Below are positions 20,402 to 30,924 of a stretch of 64,000 nt of DNA, in pieces. The notes below the pieces were generated by a model that worked only from the letters and a program-made list of their open reading frames with translations, had not been told where the DNA came from and ran no database searches. The position numbers were made by a program, and so were the translations under genes. The DNA comes from Dehalococcoidia bacterium (GTDB lineage: Bacteria; Chloroflexota; Dehalococcoidia; Lucifugimonadales; UBA3495), in contig OZ244811.1 in the NCBI GenBank assembly GCA_965220105.1, positions 1,465,046 through 1,529,045 on the forward strand, given 5' to 3'. Within the stretch, counting starts at the first letter, position 1. The number at the start of each line of letters is the position of its first letter.

Positions 20402-21280
20402 ATGGCTTTAGCAATACCGAGAGTCCGCCCGCGTCTACCGTCGGGGGGAGTCGCCGGGGTTACAAAGGAAGTACTCCGATACCCGCTGATCCCGGTATTT
20501 GTCCTCTTGGTGGTCCTGATCGTTCCCTCCATTATGCCTGGATGGCTTGCCCCTTACGAACCATTGGCCGGCGACATTACCAACCGTCTCGCGGCGCCGT
20601 CAACGGAGCATTGGTTCGGCACCGATAAGATCGGCAGAGACATACTCACCCGCGTCATCTACGGCGCCAGGGTGTCGGTGATTGTGGCCGGCGTGGCCAT
20701 CGCGATATCAGGGTTAATTGGCACCGCCTTCGGCATCATTTCCGCCTTTTACGGTGGCTGGTGGGACAATGTCATGATGCGCCTGGTGGACATCTCGCTG
20801 TCCTTGCCGATAATCGTAGTCGCAATTGTGGTGGCAGCCATGGCCGGGCCCAGCATGAAGATACTCATCGCCGTGCTGGTACTAAGCCAGTGGTCTCGCT
20901 ATGCCCGTCTGGTGCGAGGAGAAACGTTGACCATTCGGGCTCAAGACTACATATCCCGGGCCAGAGTGGCCGGCGCTTCCAACCCGCGGATCATGCTCCG
21001 CTACATCTTCCCGAATATTGTCAACACCATAGTGGTGCTGGCCACCCTGCAGGTGGGCTTCGTCATCGTACTGGAGGCAACCCTCAGCTTCCTCGGGGCC
21101 GGAATCTCCCGACCCACCCCAGCGTGGGGCCTGATGGTGGCCGACGGGCGTGAGTTTGTGACGGACGCCTGGTGGGTATCTTTCTTCCCCGGTTTGGCCA
21201 TCCTGCTTACGGTGTTGTCCATGAACCTGCTGGGAGACTGGCTGCGCGACCGGCTGGACCCGAAGCAAAGGAATGTGTAA
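20402..21280 (+). CDS. dppC: Peptide/nickel ABC transporter permease (DppC/OppC-like)
   Basis: HWFGTDKIGRDILTRVIYGARVS, LEATLSFLGAG, PAWGLMVADGR, NLLGDWLRDRLDPK. Confidence 0.92.
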   Translation: MALAIPRVRPRLPSGGVAGVTKEVLRYPLIPVFVLLVVLIVPSIMPGWLAPYEPLAGDITNRLAAPSTEHWFGTDKIGRDILTRVIYGARVSVIVAGVAIAISGLIGTAFGIISAFYGGWWDNVMMRLVDISLSLPIIVVAIVVAAMAGPSMKILIAVLVLSQWSRYARLVRGETLTIRAQDYISRARVAGASNPRIMLRYIFPNIVNTIVVLATLQVGFVIVLEATLSFLGAGISRPTPAWGLMVADGREFVTDAWWVSFFPGLAILLTVLSMNLLGDWLRDRLDPKQRNV

Positions 21281-21299
21281 CCCGTTGGGTTCGGCGCAA

Positions 21300-21800
21300 G
21301 GCAAACGGATCCTCACCGGTTTTGCGCCTGGAGCAGACTACGGAAGGTCGGATACTGCTTGACGCCTCGAATATCCGGGCCTGCAAATGCCGGCGCCGCT
21401 TGAGCTACCGGAACACCGTCCAGGCGGTGTTCCACGCCCCTCGGTCATCTTTGAGACCGCGGGTAGGTGCGCCCAACATCACCGCCGAGGCCAACGTTCA
21501 CCCGTGCCATGTTTGCGAACATGCAGAACGGTGGGATGTGAACGCGTCGCATGAAATCAGGCTGCGACCCTTCAGGCAAAACCCGGCTGGCAACTCACCG
21601 GGCCTACCCGCTCTCCCGCAGATACACATTCGTGCCTTCGAATCAGCCAAGTACCTCGTTGCCTTTTGCTAACTGCGGAGGCGCCTTCGCAGATTACCCC
21701 GCTTACGGGGCGCCGCTCCCGGCCCGGATGTCCCGTCGCCTCGGAAAGGCGTGTGGTAGAAGATTCGGAACGCCCGGCAGGAGGGCTTGGAAAAGGTAGT
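21300..21800 (+). pseudogene. Heavily decayed oligopeptide ABC ATPase (OppF/DppF-like) remnant
   Basis: LRLEQTTEGRILLDASNI...SYRNTVQAVFHAPRSSLRPR resembles ILRL..PT.G.I..DG.DI...YR..VQ.VFQDP.SSLNPR. No Walker A or signature motif survives. Extent approximate. Confidence 0.6.
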
Positions 21801-21933
21801 TTGTCACCTCTGGTAACCTCTGCTTTTCAACTGCCTTGCCAACACTGGCCATCAGCCCCGGCGTTACATGATCCCGCCGGGTTCCTGGTTTCGCTATTGC
21901 CCCGGCCCATTGAAACGGGATAACCTATGACTA

Positions 21934-23361
21934 ATGAGTAACGTCCTCCATCCCGAAACCGAGCCCGCCAATACCGTGGTCTGCGGTTGGTGCGGGGCAG
22001 CCGGCCAAAGCCCGGGCCAGCCTTGCCAACAATGCCAACGGGTCGTCGCCATTATCCCCAGGTGGGCCCGGCGGCTTCCCGGTAGCCGCAGATGGCTTTC
22101 CAGACGCCGTTTGATCCGACTCTCCGTCGCCGCCGTGCTGCTGGCCTTTGCGGCATGGCTGTATTTTCCCTTTTTCCCCAACCCTATTCAGCTGCTGTTC
22201 AAGGCACCCAGTACCGAGGTTAGCTCGGCCTCCGCCCCGGGCCAATGGTCGATGGCCGGCAGAGACCTGCAGCTCACCCGGCATATACCAGTGGCGCCGG
22301 TCCAGCCGGAAGGACGGGTCGTTTGGTCGCGCGACTTGGGCACTCCCACCCGCGGAGCCCCGGTAGTGCATGACGGGATGGTCTACGTGGGCGGTTATTT
22401 TAAGATCATCGCCCTTGATTCGGCGACCGGGCAGGTGGCTTGGGAACATAAGACTCCCAGTCCACTGGACCATTCGTTGGCGATTGCCGGCGATCTCCTC
22501 TACGTGGGCCTGCTGGACCATCGGATCCTCGCCCTGGACCGGAACACGCGGGAGGTCCGGTGGGATTTCAAAACCGAAGGGCCCATTGTCGCGGCTCCGG
22601 TGGTAGATGGCGGCATCGTGTATTTCGGCTCGTCCGATAGTTTCCTCTACGCCCTGGATGCAGTCACTGGAAAGCCCCTTTGGCAGCAAAAGATTCAGGG
22701 CGAGCTCCGCGCTGCGCCTGCGGTGAGCTATGGGCGAGTGTTTGCCACGGATAATCTGGGCAATCTCTATATGTTGGACGCCAGGACCGGCCAGAGCAAG
22801 TTGCGGTTCCGCACCATGGGAAACACCAAAGCATCCCCGGTGGTTGCCAATGAGGTCGCTTATTTTCCCGCTGGCGGCCGGGTTTACGCCGTTGACGCCC
22901 ATGCGCGGGAAATCCCCGGAGAATTCCAGTTCAAGCGGGTCTGGTCGCAATTTTGGGTATGGCGTATTCCTGGCGTGCCCCCTCCTCCAGTTCAAAAGGG
23001 GGGGCAGTGGCGTTTCGATCCGGAGAAGCAGACCTCCTCCGGGTTGGTGGCCACTCCGGCGGTAACATCCGATTCCCTTTACGTAGGGAGTTTCCACGGC
23101 AACTTTTACGGGGTGGACGCGCATTCCGGCAGGGAAACATGGCGGTTTGCGGCTGAGGACGCCATTTTCGGGTCCGCAGTGGTACTGGGAGACCGGGTCT
23201 ATTTCGGCTCCAACGACGGATTCTTTTACGCCTTGCGCCGTGCCGACGGAGAATTGATCTGGAAGCTCCCGTTGGAAGCCCCCATCGAGATATCGCCGGT
23301 ATTTGCCGACGGGCGTTTCTACGTCAGAACCAGCGAAGGGATGCTGCACGCCATCGAGTGA
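21934..23361 (+). CDS. Zn-ribbon + TM helix + PQQ-like (BamB-type) beta-propeller protein
   Basis: N-terminal CGWC-x10-CQQC, hydrophobic helix, then repeated W/F...AP.V.DG.VY.G propeller blades. Confidence 0.85.
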   Translation: MSNVLHPETEPANTVVCGWCGAAGQSPGQPCQQCQRVVAIIPRWARRLPGSRRWLSRRRLIRLSVAAVLLAFAAWLYFPFFPNPIQLLFKAPSTEVSSASAPGQWSMAGRDLQLTRHIPVAPVQPEGRVVWSRDLGTPTRGAPVVHDGMVYVGGYFKIIALDSATGQVAWEHKTPSPLDHSLAIAGDLLYVGLLDHRILALDRNTREVRWDFKTEGPIVAAPVVDGGIVYFGSSDSFLYALDAVTGKPLWQQKIQGELRAAPAVSYGRVFATDNLGNLYMLDARTGQSKLRFRTMGNTKASPVVANEVAYFPAGGRVYAVDAHAREIPGEFQFKRVWSQFWVWRIPGVPPPPVQKGGQWRFDPEKQTSSGLVATPAVTSDSLYVGSFHGNFYGVDAHSGRETWRFAAEDAIFGSAVVLGDRVYFGSNDGFFYALRRADGELIWKLPLEAPIEISPVFADGRFYVRTSEGMLHAIE

Positions 23362-23560
23362 CGTAGCTGCCTCCAACGGCATGACGCCCGGCGCAGCAAT
23401 CCCTGTTCCAAACTAGCCGGCATCGGTGACGGCGCAGGTCCAGGTCGCCTGGGCGCCGCTCCATGGGACGACATTCTCCCCGCACGTGATTGCCAGAGCG
23501 TAACTTAGGGTAGGCAACGGGCGTGGAGCCCAAGCCTGATTGAGGTAGCGGGTTTACGTC

Positions 23561-23728
23561 CTCATGCGTACCCACTTTGTCATTGCGAGCGTAGCGTGGC
23601 AATCTCGTTGTCGTAGCAACGGCGGTTCGCCGATGTGTGTTCAACCTCATCGAGATTGCCACGTCCCTCGGCGAGCTCGGGATGAGTGGGGCTCCTCGCA
23701 ATGACAGATCAAAGTGGGTACGCGTGAG
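23561..23728. mobile_element. Shell-1 composite MITE-like element
   Basis: TIR CTCATGCGTACCCACTTT / CTCACGCGTACCCACTTT; flanking 10-mers GGTTTACGTC and GGTTTACCTC (9/10); about 95% identical to 49311-49479. Confidence 0.88.
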
Positions 23729-23822
23729 GGTTTACCTCTCCTTGTCTGCCGCGGCCCGGGCGTTTAGAATTTGGCATTGAGCCAAGTTGGGTAACCTGAA
23801 ATTAATCGGCAGGAGCGTACGA

Positions 23823-24887
23823 ATGGATGTTGGAATGATGATGATCTTCTCGAGTTACGGCTGGGAAGAAGGCTCGGACGGCCAGATGTGGGAGGAGGAG
23901 CTGCGCCTCGCAGAAATCGCTGCCGATGCAGGCTTCGATTGCCTGTGGTCTGCGGAACATCATTTCAACGATTATTCCTTCGTACCCGACAACATCCAGT
24001 TGATGACCCACATTGCGGCGAAGCATCCGAACATCGACGTGGGGACAGCCGCCGTGATCCTGCCCTGGCATGACCCGTTGCGAGTGGCGGAAAATGCCGC
24101 CGTCCTCGACTTGTTGAGCAATGGCCGCTTGCGACTCGGGTTCGGGCGAGGCCTGGCACGGCGTGAATTCGAAATGTTCGGCATTAGCATGGATGAATCG
24201 CGAGAACGTTTTGACGAAGCGGCGCCGATGATAGTCGAGGCCCTCAGGACGGGGTTCATAGAGGGCGACGGGACGTTCTACCAGCAGTCTCGCACGGAAA
24301 TCCGCCCCCGCCCCCAGCATTCCTTCGACGGCCGTATCTACGCGGTCGCCGCCAGCGAAGAATCGGTCCTCTCGGCGGCCAAGCTCGGCGCGCACATCAT
24401 CATGTTCGCCGACCGCCCCTGGGAGATGCGGATGCCCGGGATCGAACGTGGCCGAGCCCTGCACCGCGAATTTCACGGCACAGAGCCGCCAGCCCTGATG
24501 CTCTCGGAATTCGTCGTCTGCGGCCCTGACAATGCCCAATGCGAGGCAGAAGCGCGCCAATATCAAGGCAAATTTGTCGAGAGCAATTTTTACCACTATG
24601 AATTTCTCGGGGATCATTTCCGGTCTGTGAAGGGTTACGACGCCTATCAACAGAAGGCGGAGATCGCGCGTTCCGCCGGCCTCGAAGGTGCTATCGACGG
24701 TTTCATGCGAGCGGCCAGCTGGGGCACGCCTGACCGCATTCTCAGGGGGCTTGAAGAACGCCGCGCGCTGCTGGGCGATTTCGAGCTGAACGTCGCCTTC
24801 CGCTTTGGCGGCACGCCGTTCCACATCGCGGAACGGGGCCTGAAGCTCTTCGCCGAAGAAGTTCTACCAGTCCTGAAGTCCTGGTAG
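23823..24887 (+). CDS. Luciferase-like (LLM class) flavin-dependent monooxygenase
   Basis: WSAEHHF, GTAAVILPWHDPLRVAE, GRLRLGFGRG; AGGAG RBS before ATG 23823. Confidence 0.92.
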   Translation: MDVGMMMIFSSYGWEEGSDGQMWEEELRLAEIAADAGFDCLWSAEHHFNDYSFVPDNIQLMTHIAAKHPNIDVGTAAVILPWHDPLRVAENAAVLDLLSNGRLRLGFGRGLARREFEMFGISMDESRERFDEAAPMIVEALRTGFIEGDGTFYQQSRTEIRPRPQHSFDGRIYAVAASEESVLSAAKLGAHIIMFADRPWEMRMPGIERGRALHREFHGTEPPALMLSEFVVCGPDNAQCEAEARQYQGKFVESNFYHYEFLGDHFRSVKGYDAYQQKAEIARSAGLEGAIDGFMRAASWGTPDRILRGLEERRALLGDFELNVAFRFGGTPFHIAERGLKLFAEEVLPVLKSW

Positions 24888-24941
24888 CAACACCGGATTG
24901 TCTGACTCAGGGGATTGCGACACCGAGACTGGAGATCCGGC

Positions 24942-25937
24942 ATGCGATCAATTGACATCCACGCCCACATTACTCCTCAGTGCTTCTGGCGTGCCACCAG
25001 CGACGGCGGCAGCTGGCACGGATTGCGGCGGGAGCGCGACGGCCGGGGGCAGGAGCTGCTGGTATCGGGGCAGGAGAGGGGCCAACTCCCTCCCAAATCC
25101 AGTTGGACGCCGGAGCAGCGTCTGGCAGACATGGACTCGCTGGGCGTGGACGTTCACGTAATCTCTCCGTTTGCCGGGCTTTATAACTACCACTTGGACA
25201 CTGCCCTGGCCGTGGCCACGTCCCGTGAGACCAACGACGAGATCGGGCAAATGACCCAATCCTGGCCGGACCGTTTCGCCGGCCTGGCGACCCTACCCAT
25301 GCAGGACGTCGATGCCGCCGTAGCCGAACTGGATCGGGTAATGGTCCAGATGGGTTTCAAGGGCGCCGTTATCAACGACCATGTAAATGGCAGGTTGCTG
25401 GACGAATCGGAATTCCTGCCCTTCTGGCAAGCGGCAGAGCAATTGGGCGCGCTGATTCTGTTCCACCAGGGCGGCGACACGGTGGTCAGCCCGCGCATCC
25501 GTCGCTACCACCTTCCCAATACGATCGGGAACCTGGCGGACCGGACGTTGACCTTCGCGTCCCTGGTGATCGGCGGCGTGATGGACGCCTGTCCAGACCT
25601 GAAAATTTGCCTGTCTCATGGCGGCGGGTACGCCTGTTACGGCGCCGGCCGCATGGATCGAGGCTGGCACGGGCTGAGTGAGGAGGAAAGGCGGAGCATG
25701 GAGCCACCCACTTCCTACCTCTCCCGTTTTTACTACGACAGCATCGTCTACACCGAGTCGGCGCTGCGCTTCCTGATCGACGCGGTGGGAGTGGACCGGG
25801 TATTGTTCGGCACCGACTGGCCTTACGACATGGCGCAGGACTGGCCGGTTTCCTGGGTTTTGAGCCTGCCGGGCCTTACCGTCGAAGAGAAGGAAGCGAT
25901 CCTGTGGAAGAATGTGGAGCGCGTGCTGGGCCTGTAG
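24942..25937 (+). CDS. Amidohydrolase_2 (ACMSD-like decarboxylase/hydratase)
   Basis: IDIHAH, LSHGGG, YYDS and LFGTDWP motifs. Confidence 0.9.
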   Translation: MRSIDIHAHITPQCFWRATSDGGSWHGLRRERDGRGQELLVSGQERGQLPPKSSWTPEQRLADMDSLGVDVHVISPFAGLYNYHLDTALAVATSRETNDEIGQMTQSWPDRFAGLATLPMQDVDAAVAELDRVMVQMGFKGAVINDHVNGRLLDESEFLPFWQAAEQLGALILFHQGGDTVVSPRIRRYHLPNTIGNLADRTLTFASLVIGGVMDACPDLKICLSHGGGYACYGAGRMDRGWHGLSEEERRSMEPPTSYLSRFYYDSIVYTESALRFLIDAVGVDRVLFGTDWPYDMAQDWPVSWVLSLPGLTVEEKEAILWKNVERVLGL

Positions 25938-25976
25938 GCCCAGCACGCAGCTCAGGCGACTCTCCGGAGGCGAAAC

Positions 25977-26996
25977 TTGCGGAAGATAGACGTGCACGCC
26001 CACTACATCCCCGCCAGCGTCGTGGGCGCTGAGACTCGTGGCGAGGACTGGTACGGGCTGGTTTATTCGGAAAGACCCAGCCCAGGCTTCGACGATCCCA
26101 ACGGTCGCCGGGTGGTCATCAACAGTCCCAAGCTTCGATTTACGCCGGCCGAACGGTTGGCCGACATGGACGCCAGCGGCACCGACGTGCAGGTGGTATC
26201 GATCCACACCCCTTTCTTCGGCTACAGCTGGGATTCTGTTCAGACGCAGGAGATGGCTCGGGAAGTGAACGATGCGATCGCCGAGCTGGCCCGTCAGCAT
26301 CCCCAAAGGTTTGTCGGTATGGCAACGCTGCCAGCCCAGGACGTCGCCGCATCCATCGACGAGCTGGAGCGGGCGGTAAATGTGCTCGGACTGAAAGGCG
26401 CCGAGCTGGACGCGGTGGTGAACGGCGAGAATTGGGACGAACCGCACTTTCTGCCATTGTTCAAAGCCGCCGAGGAGTTGGGCGCCCTGCTCTTCTTCCA
26501 CCCGCAGCCCCAGGCCAACATCGTGGCGCTGGAACGGTCGCGCAAGTATTCGTTACCCAACAGCGTGGGCGTACCGCTGGAGGACGCCATGGTGGTGGCG
26601 ACACTGATCTTCGGGGGGATTTTGGAGGAGTGCCCTAACCTGAAGGCGTGCATCGCGCACGGGGGCGGCCCAGCCTGCTTCGGCATGGGCCGGATGGATC
26701 ACGGCTGGTGGGTACGCCCGGAAGCCCGGGGCAATATCACCAGACCGCCGAGCACCTACCAAAAGCAGTTGTACTACGACTTCCTCACCAGCAGCGAACC
26801 CGCCTTGAGGTTCCTCATCGACGCGGTGGGCGCCGACCGGGTGGTGATGGGCAGCGATTGGCCTTTCGTCGAATGGGACCCGTCTCCGGGTGGTTGGTTG
26901 GATGGCTTGCAAAGCCTTTCCCAGGAGGAAAAGGAAAAGATCGGTCACCGCAACCTGGAACAGTTGTTGGGGATTCAGGCGACTGATCCCGGTTGA
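25977..26996 (+). CDS. Amidohydrolase_2 (ACMSD-like), tandem paralogue
   Basis: IDVHAH, FFHP, IAHGGG and MGSDWP motifs; GGAGG RBS and TTG start. Confidence 0.9.
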   Translation: MRKIDVHAHYIPASVVGAETRGEDWYGLVYSERPSPGFDDPNGRRVVINSPKLRFTPAERLADMDASGTDVQVVSIHTPFFGYSWDSVQTQEMAREVNDAIAELARQHPQRFVGMATLPAQDVAASIDELERAVNVLGLKGAELDAVVNGENWDEPHFLPLFKAAEELGALLFFHPQPQANIVALERSRKYSLPNSVGVPLEDAMVVATLIFGGILEECPNLKACIAHGGGPACFGMGRMDHGWWVRPEARGNITRPPSTYQKQLYYDFLTSSEPALRFLIDAVGADRVVMGSDWPFVEWDPSPGGWLDGLQSLSQEEKEKIGHRNLEQLLGIQATDPG

Positions 26997-27155
26997 AATC
27001 GGCATTAGCGGATCGGATGGGTCTGCGGGCGGGAACATCCCGTGGTTGCCATTGCTCGCCCCGTCGCCAGTGAGCCGGCGGTCGCCCCCGTTACGCAGTG
27101 GCATGGCGCACGGCGCACGGCGCATTCACCGCCAAAGGGTTTTAGGAGGACACAC

Positions 27156-30100
27156 GTGTACAAGATCGGGATCGACGTTGGAGGCACCTTTACCGATTTC
27201 GTCGTAGCCGGCGAAGGGAAGCAGCCGCGTTTCTTCAAGACTCAGTCCACCACCGAGGACCCTTCCATCGGCGTGATGACCGGGTTGCAGGAAGCCGCAG
27301 CCGCCTACGGACTGTCTTTGGATCAGTTGCTCGGCGACACGGACCTGGTGATCCATGGGTCGACTGTAGCGACCAACACGCTGGTAGAACGCAAGGGGGC
27401 CAGGGTGGGCCTCATCACCACCGACGGCTTCCGTGACCTCCTGGAAATGCGCGAGGGGTTGAAAGAGGACCGGTACAACCTCAGGATGACCCCGGTCGAG
27501 CCGTTGGCGGCCCGTTACCTGCGCGTGGGCGTTCCGGAACGGGTTCGCGCCAACGGTTTGGTCGAACTCCCCCTGGACCAGGACGCTTTGGTCCGAAACC
27601 TGGAGTTCCTGGTCCAGGAGGGGGCCGACGCGTTGGCGGTCTGTTTCCTGTTTTCATACCTCAACCCCTCCCACGAACAGCAGGCCTGGGAAACCATTCA
27701 CCGCCGCTACCCGGACCTGTACACCTCCCTCTCGCACGAGGTAATTCCCCAGATCAAGGAATTCGACCGGCTGAGCACCACGGTAATCAACTCTTACGTG
27801 GGCCCGGTGTTCAGCCGTTATCTGCTGCATCTGAAGAACCGGTTCGAACCCTACCCCCAGTTGCAGGACGTGCTAATCATGCAGTCCAATGGCGGCGTGG
27901 CCCCGATAGACGACTCCAGCCGTATGGCAGTGCGGGCTATCCTGTCCGGCCCAGCGGGAGGGGTCAGCGCCGCCGCCCACATCGGGCAGTTGTTGGAGGA
28001 ATCCAAAGTCATCGCCTTCGACATGGGCGGTACCAGCACTGACATCTCCCTGATCGAAAACGGGACTCCCCACATCACCAACGAGAAGTTCGAGGCCGGG
28101 TGGAAGATCGCCGCCCCGATGATCGACATCCACACGCTGGGCGCTGGCGGGGGCAGTATCGCCAGGGTGGATGACGGAGGGATTCTCCATGTCGGCCCGG
28201 ACAGCGCCGGCGCTGAACCCGGCCCCGCCTGCTACGGCAGGGGAGGAGTGAATCCCACCGTAACCGACGCCAGCCTGGTGTTGGGCTATTTGGACGCGGC
28301 GAATTTCCTGGGCGGCCGGGCCAGTCTCGACTCCCGGGCCGCCGAGCGATCCCTGGCCGAGCACGTGGCCACACCCCTCAATCTGACCAATGTTGAGGCC
28401 GCCTACGGGGTGTTCAAGGTGGTCTGCACCACCATTGCCCAAGGCGTAAGACTGATGTCGGTGCAACGAGGTGTCGACCCGCGAGCATTTACCCTGCTGG
28501 GGTTCGGCGGCGCGTCGGGCCTTCACGCCGCAGAGGTTGCCCGTCAGTTGCAGGTGACGAAGGTGTACATACCTGCGTCGGCGCCGGTGTTGTCGGCCTA
28601 CGGCATGTTGAACACCGACATCAAATACGACTTTTCCCGTTCCTATCCCGTGAGCCTGGACCGGCTGAACCCGGGCGAACTCCGGTCGATCCTGGACGAA
28701 CTGGAGACCCAGGGACGGGATAAGCTCCGGGGCCAGGGCGTCGCTCCCGAAGCGGTGGAATTTTATTACTCTGCTGACATGCGGTACCTGGACCAAGTCT
28801 ACGAAGTCTCCGTGCCGCTACCAGATCCCACGCTGCCGGACTCGGTGTTTCTGTCCAGATGGACGTCCAATTTCCACCAGAGATACCAGGAGCTCTACTC
28901 CTATAGCCAACAGGACCAGGAGGTGCGGTTGGTCACTCTCCGGGTGACGGCAGTCGGCAAGCTCCCCAGGATGGCCCAGCTGGACCGGACGGAGGCTGAG
29001 AGTACCGCCAGCGCATCGGGCAGCCGCTGGATCTTTTTGGGTGAATGGCTACGGGCGCCAACCTATGCTACCGACTCCCTGCCCACTGGCACGGAGATCG
29101 CCGGCCCGGCGATTTTGGAGTCAGATTTCACTACCATCCTGGTATGTCCGGGAGATTACGCCACGGTCGATGCCATGGGCGGCATCGAGTTGCGCGTCAA
29201 CCAGGAAACCCCCGCGGGTGTCCCGAATGCGACGCCCGATTCCGTCGGTATGGAGGGTCCAGATGGCCTCGGGGAATACGATCCCATCACCATGGCGGTG
29301 GTGGAGCACCGGTTGGAATCCATCGCTCAGGAGATGACCGAGGCGATGCTGCGAACCGCCATGTCCCAGATCCTCAACTCCAGCCGAGACTTTTCCACCG
29401 CGATTCTGGACGGTGACTGTCAGCTGGTGGCCCAGGGCGAAGGGATACCGGTGCACATCAGCGCGCTCCCGGTGGCCGGCGCTGCCGTCCGGGACTACTT
29501 TGGGGAGGATGTCTCCGAAGGAGATCTGTTCATTCTGAACGACCCCTATTTCGGCGGCAGTCACCTGCCCGACATCACCATCATCCGGCCCATATTTCAC
29601 CAGGGACGGCTGCTGTTTTACGGGGTGAACCGAGCGCACCACAGCGACGTCGGGGGAGGCACCCACGGCGGTTACAATCCCGGCGCCAATGAGATATTTC
29701 AGGAGGGCCTTCGCATCCCTCCCCTGAAGCTCTATGACCAGGGCGTTCCCAGGCACGACCTGCTCCAAATGCTGTCAGCAAACGTCCGGCAATCGGAGAA
29801 TTTCCTGGGCGACCTCAACGCGCAGATAGGCTCGGTGATGTTGGCCGCCCAGAGGATCGAAGCGCTGCTGGCCGACTACGGCGCCGACCGGTTGATGGCC
29901 GTCGTAGCCGGAATCCTGGACGCCACCGAGAGCCAGGTGCGGCAGTTCATCTCCGAGTGGCCCGACGGCGTGTACTACGGGGAGTCGTTGGTCGACGATG
30001 ACGGGTTCGACAGCAAGCTGGTGCCCATCAGGGCGAAAGTAACTATTGCCGACGACTCCATGACCATCGATCTCTCCGAGTCTAGTCCTCAAGTCGAAGG

Positions 30101-30911
30101 GTTCATCAACAGCGCTTACGCCAACACCCGGTCCCTGGCCCACGCTGCCATTATGTACCTGGCGCCGATGGATGTGGCCCGCAACGAGGGTTCCATGCGG
30201 CCCGTCCAGATAATCGCCCCCAGGGGACTCGTCGTCAACGCCAATCCTCCCGCGCCGGTGTGCATGAGTACCAACCACTGCGCCGAAGAGGTGGTGGAGG
30301 CGGTGTTCAAGGCATTGGCTCCCGCCATCCCAAGCTCGGTCTCTGCCGGGTTTTCCCGCCGGCTCCGCTACGCAATCACCGGGATCGACCCGAGGTCTGG
30401 GCGACGCTTCATCTGGCACTTCTTCCTGGCCAGAGGCGGTGGCGGAGCCTCCGACGGCTACGACGGTTGGTCCAACGTCGGTGAGGTTAACGTGGCCGGA
30501 GGCATACGGTCGCCCAGCATCGAGGTGACCGAAGAGCGGTTTCCATTCTTCATCAAGCGCCACGAGTTTCGGCCCGACTCGGGAGGAGTCGGCGCGTGGC
30601 GCGGCGGCCTCGGAGCAGTGTGCGACCTGATCTACGAAGGGGAAGGTCCAGCCCTGCTCAACACGGCGGGCGACGGCGTGGTAGTGCCACCCTTCGGGCT
30701 GTTCGGCGCAACCGATGGTTTGCCGCACCACTACACGATCGTTTCCAACGGCGCGGAACGGGTGTTGGGGTCGAAAGAGGTGGGGGTCGTCGTCAATCCC
30801 GGAGACCACATCATCTGCCTCTCCTCCGGCGGCGGCGGTTACGGTCGCCTGGAAGACCGGGATAAAGAGGCATTAACGTGGGACCTGAAAAACGGATATG
30901 TGACTGAGTGA
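27156..30911 (+). CDS. Fused hydantoinase A/B - ATP-dependent 5-oxoprolinase family protein
   Basis: GIDVGGTFTD, TVATN, DMGGTSTD, SRDFSTA, LNDPYFGGSHLPD, HHSDVGG, GGGGYG. GTG start at 27156 after AGGAGG. Confidence 0.93.
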   Translation: MYKIGIDVGGTFTDFVVAGEGKQPRFFKTQSTTEDPSIGVMTGLQEAAAAYGLSLDQLLGDTDLVIHGSTVATNTLVERKGARVGLITTDGFRDLLEMREGLKEDRYNLRMTPVEPLAARYLRVGVPERVRANGLVELPLDQDALVRNLEFLVQEGADALAVCFLFSYLNPSHEQQAWETIHRRYPDLYTSLSHEVIPQIKEFDRLSTTVINSYVGPVFSRYLLHLKNRFEPYPQLQDVLIMQSNGGVAPIDDSSRMAVRAILSGPAGGVSAAAHIGQLLEESKVIAFDMGGTSTDISLIENGTPHITNEKFEAGWKIAAPMIDIHTLGAGGGSIARVDDGGILHVGPDSAGAEPGPACYGRGGVNPTVTDASLVLGYLDAANFLGGRASLDSRAAERSLAEHVATPLNLTNVEAAYGVFKVVCTTIAQGVRLMSVQRGVDPRAFTLLGFGGASGLHAAEVARQLQVTKVYIPASAPVLSAYGMLNTDIKYDFSRSYPVSLDRLNPGELRSILDELETQGRDKLRGQGVAPEAVEFYYSADMRYLDQVYEVSVPLPDPTLPDSVFLSRWTSNFHQRYQELYSYSQQDQEVRLVTLRVTAVGKLPRMAQLDRTEAESTASASGSRWIFLGEWLRAPTYATDSLPTGTEIAGPAILESDFTTILVCPGDYATVDAMGGIELRVNQETPAGVPNATPDSVGMEGPDGLGEYDPITMAVVEHRLESIAQEMTEAMLRTAMSQILNSSRDFSTAILDGDCQLVAQGEGIPVHISALPVAGAAVRDYFGEDVSEGDLFILNDPYFGGSHLPDITIIRPIFHQGRLLFYGVNRAHHSDVGGGTHGGYNPGANEIFQEGLRIPPLKLYDQGVPRHDLLQMLSANVRQSENFLGDLNAQIGSVMLAAQRIEALLADYGADRLMAVVAGILDATESQVRQFISEWPDGVYYGESLVDDDGFDSKLVPIRAKVTIADDSMTIDLSESSPQVEGFINSAYANTRSLAHAAIMYLAPMDVARNEGSMRPVQIIAPRGLVVNANPPAPVCMSTNHCAEEVVEAVFKALAPAIPSSVSAGFSRRLRYAITGIDPRSGRRFIWHFFLARGGGGASDGYDGWSNVGEVNVAGGIRSPSIEVTEERFPFFIKRHEFRPDSGGVGAWRGGLGAVCDLIYEGEGPALLNTAGDGVVVPPFGLFGATDGLPHHYTIVSNGAERVLGSKEVGVVVNPGDHIICLSSGGGGYGRLEDRDKEALTWDLKNGYVTE

Positions 30912-30924
30912 GGAAGGAGAACGG

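Noticed and set aside
23362-23550. Possible gene fragment on the minus strand (LAITCGENVVPW)
   Set aside because: Short, interrupted by a stop, and no second motif to confirm a family.
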